DNA of 29,792 nucleotides, taken from NCBI GenBank assembly GCA_051294375.1, contig JBJCIZ010000430.1, positions 1 to 29,792 on the forward strand. The letters are read 5' to 3'. This DNA comes from Paraspadella gotoi. Taxonomy: Eukaryota; Animalia; Chaetognatha. Position numbers and translations under genes: made by a program. Positions 1 to 10,440 of the stretch are shown piece after piece. The first letter of the stretch is position 1. The number at the start of each line of letters is the position of its first letter. The notes under the pieces are model-generated. The model ran no database searches. It saw nothing but the letters and a program-made list of their open reading frames with translations, and was not told where the DNA came from.

Positions 1-383
1 TTTCTTAAAAACCGTCCCATTTTATGCGAAATTTAGAATCTATGTTATTTTTTTTTATTTTTTATAAAGATTAGGTTAGAAGTTAGATCAAGCATTAAGA
101 TTTTAAGAATTAAGTTCATGTATTAAAGTTATTTAGTAATTGGGATTAGGGATTTCGATTTCGGGACTAGGGTGTAAGATTAAAAGTTAAGTAAAGATTA
201 AGGTTAAGATTAATTTAAATTTAAGATTATAGGAAGATTAGAGGTTAAGGTTAACAGATTAAGGATATAAGGGTTACGCGTTCAATGTTTTAGGATTTGG
301 TTAGGGCACGCTTCGCGGAATTACAGTTGGGGATTAGGAGTTAGGGATTTGGTTAAAGTAAGCAATGGGACGTTCTTGAAAAA
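1..383. mobile_element. Candidate non-autonomous element (Helentron/DINE-1-like or MITE): inverted repeats around degenerate TTAGG/TTAGGG/TTAAG repeats; may be cut by the window edge
   Basis: tttcttaaaaaccgtcccatt (1-21) is the near reverse complement of aatgggacgttcttgaaaaa (364-383). The interior has many ttagg/ttaggg/ttaagg/ttaaga units. The family assignment is inferred from architecture only. Confidence 0.5.
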
Positions 384-1227
384 GAGAGCTGAGAAGAATC
401 AAATATTGAAAAAAAGCGATAATTAGAGAGCGTAGACACAATGTTATGTAAACTTTACATCTTAAAGTCGTTATAAAATAATAATGTAATTTAACTATCC
501 AATTTGAATGATTTGCATTGCAGCTTTAATTGTATAATTTGCATAAAAAAGTCTATTGGACCGATAAATTTAAGTAGAAAGGTTATTGTAGTGAGAGTTC
601 ACCGAATAAAAATAAACTGAGTTTTTAAATGTTTTTTTAGACTTAGCCTAAACCTGTTCCCTGAACAGCAACCTTTCGCGGTTTTTTCATCATTCCAGAG
701 GATGGGTATATTTTCCATTTTCTTTTTCCTTTCTATAAAAAGAACCGGCTGCAAAATCATCAAAACAAGTCAATGTTGTTTATGGCCTAAATTTCAAGTA
801 AAAAGGTCAATGTAGTTCTGGTCAATATCATCAAAAAAGGTCAATTGTTGTGAGGGTCATTCTTGATAGAAAAGGTTCAACCATTGGCTGGCAGAGACTT
901 TTTCCGCGATTGTCGACTCAACACTTCCAATTTGAGGAGGAGAAATGTGAAAGGTTCCGAAGAAAAGAAGAAAGAAATTGAAAAGGTTTCCTGCAGAAAG
1001 AAAAGGAAAAAGGGTCAGCAACGAAGCAACAGACTTTTCCGGAGACATTCCATAGAAGTAAAGGGTTGAGAGGTACGGGTGAGAACGGCGTGAGGTCAGA
1101 AAAAAGAAAGGAGGATTGAGAAGGAAATTCGGGGCGTGGCACTCGAGAAGAAAAGGAGGCAAGAAATCGAGAGGACTCTTTCAAAGGGACGCGAATATTA
1201 TTAAAGGAGAGGTTGGGATGTGAGTGG

Positions 1228-1332
1228 GCGAGAGAGAGAAGAGAGCAGAAAGAGCAGAGACGAGGAGAGAGAGATTACGAGAGAGAGAGAGAAGAGAGCA
1301 GAGAGAGGACGAGAAGAGAAGAGAGAGAGAGG
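1228..1332. repeat. Imperfect (GA)n microsatellite within a purine-rich tract (~930-1480)
   Basis: Runs of gagagaga are directly visible. Confidence 0.9.
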
Positions 1333-1610
1333 AAATGGTGGCATGGACCGGAGAAGCGATCAGAAAAGGGCGCTTTCATGGTAGCCTTTCGATGCGGGGG
1401 AAAGACAGCGGAAAGTGGAACCACGTAAGGCGGAGGAGGAGGAGTCAAGCGATGATGGAGGAGGAGGAGAAGAGGAGGAAGAGCGGGTTGCGAAGCGTTT
1501 TTGACGAATTTCATCCCAGGGACAAAAGTATTTTTTCTTTTTATATACTCTTTTTTCTTTCTTTTTTTCTGAAGTCCGACGACGTAGAAAATTTCGAGTC
1601 TTCGGGCGGA

Positions 1611-2730
1611 GGTGATGGGGTTGGCGTCGTTTGGATTGGGTGACGGCTGTTGATGGGGATGACCGGTGATGGGGTGGCGTCGTTTTGATTGGGTAACGGG
1701 TTTGATGAGGTGACGTTGTATGTGATGGGGAGGAAGCGGGGCTGGGTGGGGGGGAGAGTGGCGTCGTTTGATTGGAGTAACGGAGGTTGATGACGGTGTA
1801 CGGTGATGGGTTGCGTTCGTTTTGATTGGCGGGTAACGGTTGATGGGGGTGACGGTGAATGGGGTGGCGTCGTTTGGATGGGTGACGGGTTTGATGAGGG
1901 TGACGGTGATGGGGTTGCGTCGTTTTTGATGGGTAACGGGTTGATGAGGAGGTGGACGGTGGATGGCGGTTGCGTCATTTGATTGGGGTAATGGCGTTGA
2001 TGAGGTGACGGTGATGGAGGGGTGGCGTCGTTTTGATTGGGTGACGACGTTGATGAGGGACGGTGATGGGGTTGCGTCGTTTGATTGGGGTAACGGGGGT
2101 TGATGTGGGTGACGGTGATGGGTGGTTGGCGTCGTTTGATTGGCGTGACGGGTTGATGCGTGGTGACGGTGCATGGGGGAGGTGGCGTCATTTGATGGGT
2201 AACGGCGTTGTGAGGTGACGGTGATTGGGTTGGGTGGCGTCGTTTTGATTGGGGTAACGGTTTGGTGAGGTGACGGTGATGGGTTTGCGTCGCTTTGATT
2301 GGTCAACGGCTTGATGGTGGTGACGGTGATGGCGAGGGTGGCGTCTTCGTGATTGGGTAACGTGTTGATGATCGGTGGACGGTGATGCGAGTCTGGCGTC
2401 GTTTGATTGAGACGGAGTAACGGGTTATGGGTGTGCGCGTGGATGGCTCGGTTGCGGTCGTCTGATTTGGGTTAAACGGGTTGGATGGCTGTGTGACGGT
2501 TGATGGTGTGGCGTCGTTTTGATTTGGGTTAACTCGGTTGATGAGGGTGACGGTTGATGGGGTGGCGTTTCGGTTTTGATTGGGGTTAACGGTGGTTGAA
2601 TGAGGTGACGGTGGATGGTGGTGGCAGTCGTTTGATTGGTTAACGTCGGATTTGATGGGGTACGGTGATGGGCGTTGTCGTCGCTATTGATTTGGGGTAG
2701 AACGGGTTTGAATGAAGGTGACGCTGTGAT
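1611..2730. repeat. G/T-rich minisatellite, ~52-bp unit, ~21 noisy copies
   Basis: Consensus is approximately ggtgacggtgatggggtggcgtcgttttgattgggtaacgggttgatga. The gcgtc motif recurs at about 1811, 1864, 1915, 1969, 2022, 2072, 2126, 2182, 2234 and 2285. Confidence 0.93.
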
Positions 2731-3494
2731 GTGGCCTGGAGCGTTCAGGATGTAGCAGACTTCATGTAAAAAAATATGGAAAAAAAATCCGCGCTTTCAG
2801 GCGAGAGCACGAAAGATGGAAAGGGGAAGACGGACAGATCCGTTGTGGAAGGTTACGATATGCGGACGGATTCGGATGAGCGGTGAGGACTAACGGACCA
2901 TGATTGGGGGAGAAAAACGCTGCGCTGGCAAGAAAAAAAAACTGACCAGGTTCCTTGATTGACAATTAAGATTGCTCAGGACGAAGCGTTGTTTGAGAAG
3001 GACGACTGATCCATCCTCTGACTGGCGACTTCTCGGGTTCATTGCCGGAGAAGATGTAGAGATCGAGAGAGACTGTAGAAGAGGATCGACGAGAGAGAGA
3101 GAGGAGATGGAGAGAGACAGAGAGAGAGCACGAGGAGTCAAGATACGGTAGAAGTTCAGGAAAAGTAAAAAGAAAGTTCCTAAACAGATTTTCTTTTTTC
3201 GCCTTACTATTTCTATAAAATTCATAATACACTTTATAAAACTAATATCATTATATCTGATAAATTTATTTCTTCTGGAGGCGATCTTTAAGATTTTGTC
3301 AGAATGAGATCTAGCGTGTCGAATCAGCTCCATACTTTGGAAATTCCACTGTTCGTTCTCGCGTGTCGTTCGTTCGTTATCATCGTCTATCGTTTTTCTC
3401 GACGTCTGTTGATCCATTGGGCCGATTCTTTCAGGAAACGCATTTCTGGATCTCCGCCGATGCCTTCACCCTCAGTTGGGATACTTACGCGAAT

Positions 3495-3880
3495 GCGGCT
3501 TAAGGCGCCTTTTTCCATTTAGGCGCCTTTTTCCATTCCCCGGGGTTACCTTCGCCAATTCCCTGGCGACTTCTCTCGATCCTGGGCGCTTGTTAACGAT
3601 TTCCCTCTGGCACCTTTAGCTTTCCAGGTGCGCTTTACCTCTCAATCATCTTCTCAAAATCCCAAGCACCTTTACTTTTTCTCAGTGGCCGTCTGTTATC
3701 ACGTCTGATCTTTACTGTCTCTTGGCGACCCTCTCCACTTTAAGCTCCGTGCGCTCTTCCCCTCACTCACCTTCGCCTATTCCCTGACTCCTTACTCTTT
3801 TCCCCAGGGTCGCCTTCCCGCCTTGGCGCGCGCTTAAACCCGCTTGGGCGCGCTTTCCTCCCTTTTCCTGATTCCCCCAG
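3495..3880. repeat. Degenerate short-unit array (aggcgcctttttccatt and variants)
   Basis: There are two adjacent exact copies of aggcgcctttttccatt at ~3503-3537. After them, ggcgc/ggcac/gtgcgc followed by a pyrimidine run recurs every ~20-40 nt. Confidence 0.55.
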
Positions 3881-4334
3881 AGGTCCGTAATGAAGCGAAA
3901 AGTTGTTTCTCCATAATTATAAGCGTTTTTTATTTTCAATTGAATTCTTTCTTTCGTTTTTTTTTTACGGAAAAAAAAATATTATGTCGTACCTCTTCTT
4001 GGTTTTTCTTTTCGAAGAAATAAAAAAGCATACAAAAACTCCGTAGTGAACTCTTTTGCTCTGTGAAGTCTATTAATTGTCTGACCGACACTGTCTGTGA
4101 ATAAAGGCGTGTCGTGCGGCCGGCGGCGGCGGCAGAGAAGGCGGCGGCCGCCAACCCCTTGGTCAGTTTTCTATTTATGGGTGGGTCGCATCCACATGGG
4201 TCAGTACGCATCTTTTTACGATAAAATGATTCTAATTAAATCCTATATGTTTTTTCTCGATGACTAAAATAATTCGGTTGAGTTCTCGACGTCCGTATAG
4301 TCAGCACTCTCGGAGACACCCGTGGCGTCTCGTA

Positions 4335-4685
4335 GAGACGAAGGGCTTGAGAGAGAAGAGGAGAGAGAGAGAGATGAGATTGATGAGGAGAGTGAGAGAG
4401 AGAGAGAGACGGAGAGAGAGACGAGAGGAGAGGAGAGATGATTCGAGAGAGAGAGAGAAAATAACAAATAATGATGCTTTTGTCTTATCCAACATCTGAA
4501 ATTCCAAAGCTCAGTAAATCGCTTGTGTCTTTGTCCCCTGCCTAAACCCCATTTGGTTTCACTACGATCTGGAAATGACACGTAGGAGATGCAGATCGAG
4601 AGATGAGCAGACTGAGGGTAGAGAGAAGATCGAGAGAGATGAGGAGGAGAGAGAGAGAGAGAGAGTTGAAGAGAGAGAGAGAGGG
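4335..4685. repeat. Two imperfect (GA)n microsatellites (~4345-4460, ~4600-4685)
   Basis: Directly visible. Confidence 0.9.
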
Positions 4686-5785
4686 AATCTCTGATTTTCC
4701 TCTCCTTTCCCATCTTTTCTTTTTCGCTCATACCATTTTGAAAGGATTAAATCAATCCTCAGCATTTTTTTCATTTGTCTCCGTTTTTTTTTTTCTTTTA
4801 CATCTTTGTCTTCCTTCTTTTTTGTATCTTTGTCTTCCTGTCTTTGTTCTTTCTTCTTTTTCATTTTCAAAATTGTTTTTCGACCTTTTTCTTTTCTTAT
4901 CAACTCATTTCTTATCAACTTTAATCCACAATCTTCTTTAAAAATTCTCATTTAGGTTAATTTGTCGATCTAAGAAAACGATCGGTAATTTGGTGTATCA
5001 AGTGCAGTATTTTTTTTTCTTTTATTAGAAACCAATTATTTCGATCTTTTACTTTGACAGATCATCGTTCAGGGGGGTAAGAGTGAAATGACAGTAAAAG
5101 AATGAGAGCTGAAACTCATTATAATTTATTTTCAATTCTCCTTATCTTATATAAGGCAATGAAATATTATTCTAACTCATTTATTTAACTGACCATATAT
5201 GTTGACTGTCAAGTTGCCGATATCAGACTGCATAATGTCTATTCTTGCTTGCATTATTATCATTTCTTTTTGTATTGATTATGGTTATTTTATTTTTAGA
5301 TATTTTATCATATTATATTATTCATTCCAATAAATTTCGCTTTTTTTTCAATTAATTTATTATAGCTTTCCTTTAACATCTTCTCCTTCTCTCCTCACCT
5401 TCATTTGCATTAATAATCTTCTCCTCTCTTTTCATTTTAAATCCGTTGAGTCTCACACCCTTTTTAATCCTAATTTTTCGGTTTTCTCTCTCTCCATCGT
5501 CTCGCCTTTTTACTTCTTAAATCTTATTACCCTTTCTCTCCTCTTTTATCCTTTCTCTCTTCCTTCATCATCTTCTTCCATCTCTCTTCTCCTTAATCCC
5601 CACTTTCTGCTTAAATCTCTTTTTCTGTATTTTAATCAATAAAACTTTTTCTTCTTTTTTTCATTTTTTTCTATTTTTTCTTCTTCTTTCCCTTTCAGCA
5701 TCGATCGTTAATCCTTTAGCTTCGAGCGACTCGATTAGCTATTTAATAGTTCGGGGGGGTCGCGTCGATCAGTCGTTTATATCGT

Positions 5786-6135
5786 TTATTCCTCTTCCTT
5801 GTTCCATATTTTCCTACCATTTTTTCTTTTCCTTCTTTTCTTCATCCTCCGTCCTTTTCCTTCTTTTTCTACATTTCTTTCCTTTTTTCTTTTTTCTCCC
5901 TTTCTTTCCTCTTTCCTTCTCTTTCCTTTTCTGTCCTTTTCCTTCTTCCTACGAATTCTTCCTTCTTTTTCTCCCTTTCTTTCCTTTTTTCTTTCTTTTT
6001 GTCCGTCCCTTCTTTCCTTTCCTTTCGCTGTTTCTTTCATTTTTCCTTTTTCCTCTCTTTCATTTCCATTTCCTTCTCTTTCCTCCCTTTCTTGTTCCTT
6101 TCCTTTTTCCTCCCTTTTCTTCCTTTTCCTTCCTG
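5786..6135. repeat. Polypyrimidine (CTTT/CCTT) low-complexity tract
   Basis: Almost exclusively C/T over ~350 nt. Confidence 0.9.
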
Positions 6136-6357
6136 CGCGCCCCAGATATTTCCCTCTTTTTTGGTTAGATCTTATCGAATTTCTTTCCGATATATGTGTT
6201 CTTCTTCGTCTTCTTCTGGCCAGATCTCGTTTTATCGTTGAAATATGAGGTTTATGCGTCTTCCGTTTCCCGGTTGCTAAGCGACGATAGGGAGATATTT
6301 CCCGCTCGCTAAAAGAACGTACTATTTTCACGAAGTATTTTTTTGATTGGGTGCCTG

Positions 6358-6700
6358 TTTCTTCTCTCGCTCTCTTCTCTGCTCTTTGTTCCTCACTCAT
6401 CACTCTCTTCGTCTGTCTCTCTCTCACTGTTCTCACTTCTCTCATCTCACTCTCACTCGATCAGCTCTCTCTCCTCTCACTCTCACTCTCTCTCTCTCTC
6501 TCTACTCTCTCTCTCACTCTCACCTCTTCGTCTCTCGCCTCTCATCACTCTTCACTCTTCTCTTCCTCTACTCTGCACGTTCTCACTTCTCCTCTCACCT
6601 CTTCACTCTCTTCGTTCTCGCTCTCTCTCGTTCTTCTCTCACTCTCTTTACTCTCTCTCGTCTCTCGTCTCTCACTCTCACGCTCTCTCTCTCTCCTTGA
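6358..6700. repeat. Imperfect (CT)n/(CTCA)n microsatellite
   Basis: Directly visible. Confidence 0.92.
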
Positions 6701-7339
6701 TGTCTAGTTATTCCTTTCGAATTTATTCTTCTCAGATTTTCAGAATCTGGATGCACGCATGATTAAATAAGCCAATACCAATCAAAGGTTTAGACTTGAA
6801 ATTGCTGAAAAAATATTCTTTATAGTAAAGCAATCAATCCCCAAGCCTCTTTACCTAATTTATTAGAAATATATGAAAATTAGACAAGGCATGATTAAAT
6901 AGGCGTGAAAACGTTAATTTCGGGTCAGAGCGAATTATTTTTTTTAAATGAATTATAAAAATAAATTTCTTTTTTTTACTCTAAAATAATAATTTATAAA
7001 AATTACTTTTTATTCCCTTCGTTAATAATGTTAAATAATAGTTACGTCATTTTAAGCCAACCAATAACCTTATTGGTCACCCAGTCTTATCGCAACATAT
7101 ACCTACGCCCAAGTCCTTCGAATCCATTCGTCCATGCGATCCCCCTCACTTTCCCAAATAATTTCAACACCCCAAACCAATTTATACCCTGCTTCCCGAC
7201 CCCTCGCGTCTCGATTCCCCCTGACTCAGATTGATAAATTAACCGAAAGTCTTAATTGAGGATGTCGCGCGCAAGATTGTAAACTTTTTTATACTTTTAT
7301 CTACTCGAGGGTCAGAGATCAAACTTGCTATTTGTGTTT

Positions 7340-7468
7340 GCGAGGAGAGACGAGAGAGATGAGAGAACGACCAGAGAAGAGAGGTCGAGCAGAGAGAGAG
7401 AGATGAGAGAGAGATGAGAGAGAGAGAGAGAGAGAGAGTAGATGAAGAGAGAAGAAGCAGAGAGATGA
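7340..7468. repeat. Imperfect (GA)n microsatellite
   Basis: Directly visible. Confidence 0.9.
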
Positions 7469-8034
7469 TGAATTTCCTAATGAGTTAAAAGCTAACGAGG
7501 CAAACGCGGAACATCATTATTTAAAAGCAAAATTAAATAATAAAACTGAGGAAAGATAAGATAAAAAAGTATAAGCAAAATTAAATAGAGCGATAAGAAG
7601 AAAGAAAAAAACTTGGTGGAAATATTATCAAGAACTTTGTGAGAATATTTGCATCTGGGTGCTCTCTCTTGTATAAACGAAATACGTTCGAGAGGGAGAG
7701 AGAGAGAGAGACGAAATACGACGAGGAATGAGAGAAAGAGAGAGACGAGACGACGAGAGAGCGGAGAGACGAGCAGAGAGGACACTCTCTCGCAACTACT
7801 TCACACGCTGGATACTCCAGTGCTCTTGTTCAGTTTTGAGTCGCAAGGAAAGGCGGGTAACAAGTCGTTGTTGTTTTTATCGCGCGAACGTAAATAAATC
7901 TCTCGCGGAATTTACATGTTTTGTAGTTTCGGTCGTTGTTGTTGTTGTTTACCATTCCGCCGGTCCCGACCCCAGTTTTGAATTTTATCTGTGGGCCCAT
8001 TAACGAAACGCGCGCTTCGTGAAAAAGTACAAGA

Positions 8035-8081
<47 letters not shown>

Positions 8082-8085
8082 CTCT

Positions 8086-8121
<36 letters not shown>

Positions 8122-8312
8122 GCGGTGGATACATTTGTCCGAATGGAATTGCAATACCCATTGCGAGAGAGATTAGGCGATGGAGCGGAGAGAGAGAAGG
8201 CGAGCAGAAAGTGAGCGGAAGGCAGAGAGAGAGAGAGAGAGAGAGAGACTCGAGAGAGAGAGAGAGAGAGAGGAAGAGGAGAGAGAGCTGAGAGACGAGA
8301 GAGCAGAGAGAG
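8035..8312. repeat. (CT)n tract (8035-8121) and (GA)n tract (~8222-8312) in inverted orientation
   Basis: Directly visible, with a ~100-nt spacer. Confidence 0.9.
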
Positions 8313-8631
8313 TACCTTGTTAGCTATTTGTTGCTTTAAGCTGCCGAGAAACGAAATTCCTCGGTTTGAATACAAACTTTCGTCACTTTTTTTTAACGTT
8401 AAATTCAAAATAATAATTCTTTTAACCGTCGGTTATTTATAACACAATTTATATATACTTTTTGTTCATTGCTTTTAAAAGCAAAAATAGCTATCGAATT
8501 GTAAAGCCAAAAAAGCGTCTCTGCCCAAAACATAGTAACCCGTAAGCTACTAAATCAAGAAAGGCAAAAAGCAATTTACAGTTATCTCAAGTCTGATAAG
8601 CAGCGGAACGGAGAGGGGAGAAGGCAGAGGA

Positions 8632-8708
8632 GAAGGAGAGCGAGAGGGAGAGGCGAGAGGGAGAGCGAGAGGGAGAGCGAGAGGGACGAGCGAGAGTCGA
8701 GAGCGAGA
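8632..8708. repeat. ~12-bp tandem repeat (gcgagagggaga)
   Basis: About four to five imperfect copies are visible. Confidence 0.75.
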
Positions 8709-9218
8709 CTCGAAAACTCGTACGCGTAGAAGTTTTGAACGAGATAAGAATATTGATAAATCGATAGAAAAGGTTCAGGGTTTTTGAGGCGACAGCTTGA
8801 TGATGCGAAGGGGAGAGAAAGAGGGCAGATGGGGAAAAATGGAAGTGGGAGAAGCGAGAGAGGGGATGGCGGAAAAAATTGGAGCGGCTGTGGAGAGGGG
8901 GAGAGAGAGAGAGAGGGAAGCCCCAGAGTAAAAACAAGGGAAATTACTTTAATATTTTTTTTCTCTCAAAAACTCCCATATTTTTATTAAATATAACGAA
9001 ATTTTAAATCTACACTATTGCGCCTCCATGAGTGACCTCCTCTCTCTCTCTCTCTTCTCTCTTTCTCCATCTTGGTGTTTATTGATTTCGTCTCGCTCTC
9101 CCTTCAGCCTAATCCCGACTTGACTTCGGAAATCCCCAATCCTTTCTTCCTCTCCGATAATAACCTTCCTTTCTCAATTCACTTATTACTCTTCTTTTTA
9201 TTCGACGAAATTCGACGT

Positions 9219-9525
9219 ATATATATATATATATATATTTATGGATTAAGGCGGACGCTGACGAGACACTATCCGCAACCCTCTATAACCCCCTGTAGCA
9301 GCCATGGAACGGGTCCGGGCTTGGAACCAGGATTTGAAGTTTTGCCACGCCCCCAGGGCGCGCTTACGGCCGCTCCTCACGCTTTCCCGCAGGGTAGGAC
9401 CTGTTGGATTAACCCGGCTACCTAGTGGTCAAGACCTGGATGCGCTTTACTAATTGAGGCACCTTCACGACTGAGATGACATGCTTATAGCGGGGTGAAC
9501 TTAGGGCAATGCCCGAACTACATTA
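9219..9525. mobile_element. Candidate short interspersed element: ~290-bp GC-rich block with a (TA)n end and a palindrome at the other end
   Basis: (TA)n at 9219-9238 is followed by an abrupt rise in GC. An imperfect palindrome centred on gggcaatgccc lies at ~9504-9514. The family was not identified. Confidence 0.35.
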
Positions 9526-10018
9526 TAATAATATATAGTCTAACAACCCAGCTACTCTTCAATTTTAGTTTTTTTCTTCTTTTTCTGCCTATTCGTACTA
9601 ACTTACTTTTTTTCCTGTTCACAGTCACGGACGACTTTAGGAAAAGTTCCAGAGAATTTGCCTTTTGGTCAGCTTTCCATGTCTTCCAAACTTCATTCCA
9701 CCAATCACCACATCAACTGAACTTCACACATTGCCCAACTCTAACTCACTAATCATTAAAAAAAAATTATGCAATTCACTCTAATAAGTAGTAATCTTTA
9801 ATTTATTTTTAAGTTTCTATTGATTAACTATATTCATTAATTAATCATTAAGTTTAGCAAAATTGAATTAAAATTGAAAGCGTTAAAACTGTGCCTTAAC
9901 ATACCTCGCTAGCTTCAAGAAACGGGACCCTTTTGAACGCCAAGAGGAATAGTAAAAACATGTGCCCCTTAGAACTCGTAGCCCCGGAATTTGGCATAAT
10001 TCACTTGTTAATGACGCG

Positions 10019-10440
10019 AAAGGCACGGTCACGCCTGGGTGACAGAATTTTCTGCTCCTGAGAAAAACTCACGGGCAAAGAGGAGGGAAGAGAGTAGATA
10101 TGCACATGTAGTTTCGCCGTCCGCTGGCATTTTTTCTTATATATTTTTATATCGATCGATAGGAAGATGATGTCAATATTTGCGCATGCAAAAATTTCAA
10201 GTCAATGGCCTGCGCGTTTAGGAAAATGCAGGCAAAAACAACCCGCCCGTTTTTTCTTCCATCCTTCTTCGCAAAACCAATTCGCCGATCGAAAAATAAT
10301 TCTTTCTTCGGTTCCAACTAAACGTCCTTGAACTGCGCTCGCTTCGTAAGTCTCTTTTTATTTAAGCCGCGAAAGATTTGAGCTGGAGAAAGGCGGTAAA
10401 CTAAAAATGCGCGTTTCGGTCCTCATAAATTTAGGATTGT
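10019..10440. mobile_element. Possible non-autonomous DNA transposon fragment (Kolobok/T2-MITE-like terminus)
   Basis: It starts aaaggcacggtcacg. A reverse-complement-like actgtgccttaa (TIR-like sequence plus TTAA) lies at 9888-9899. The internal aaaatttcaagtcaat...gcgttt motif resembles MITE subterminal motifs. No matching right end was found. Confidence 0.25.

Noticed and set aside
1275-2306. 343-aa and 216-aa Pro/Thr/His-rich minus-strand ORFs (mucin-like)
   Set aside because: They are translations of the noisy minisatellite. The repeat drifts between frames, so no peptide unit is maintained.
1611-2730. CRISPR-like array
   Set aside because: No unique spacers, eukaryotic context, and no cas genes.
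4260-8990. Many 60-220-aa ORFs rich in RE, LS, K or F
   Set aside because: Stop-free frames produced by GA/CT microsatellites and polypyrimidine tracts.
9251-9276. Second hammerhead (CTGACGA inside a gcgga/tccgc stem)
   Set aside because: No stem II followed by GAAA and no NUH cleavage site in the right arrangement.
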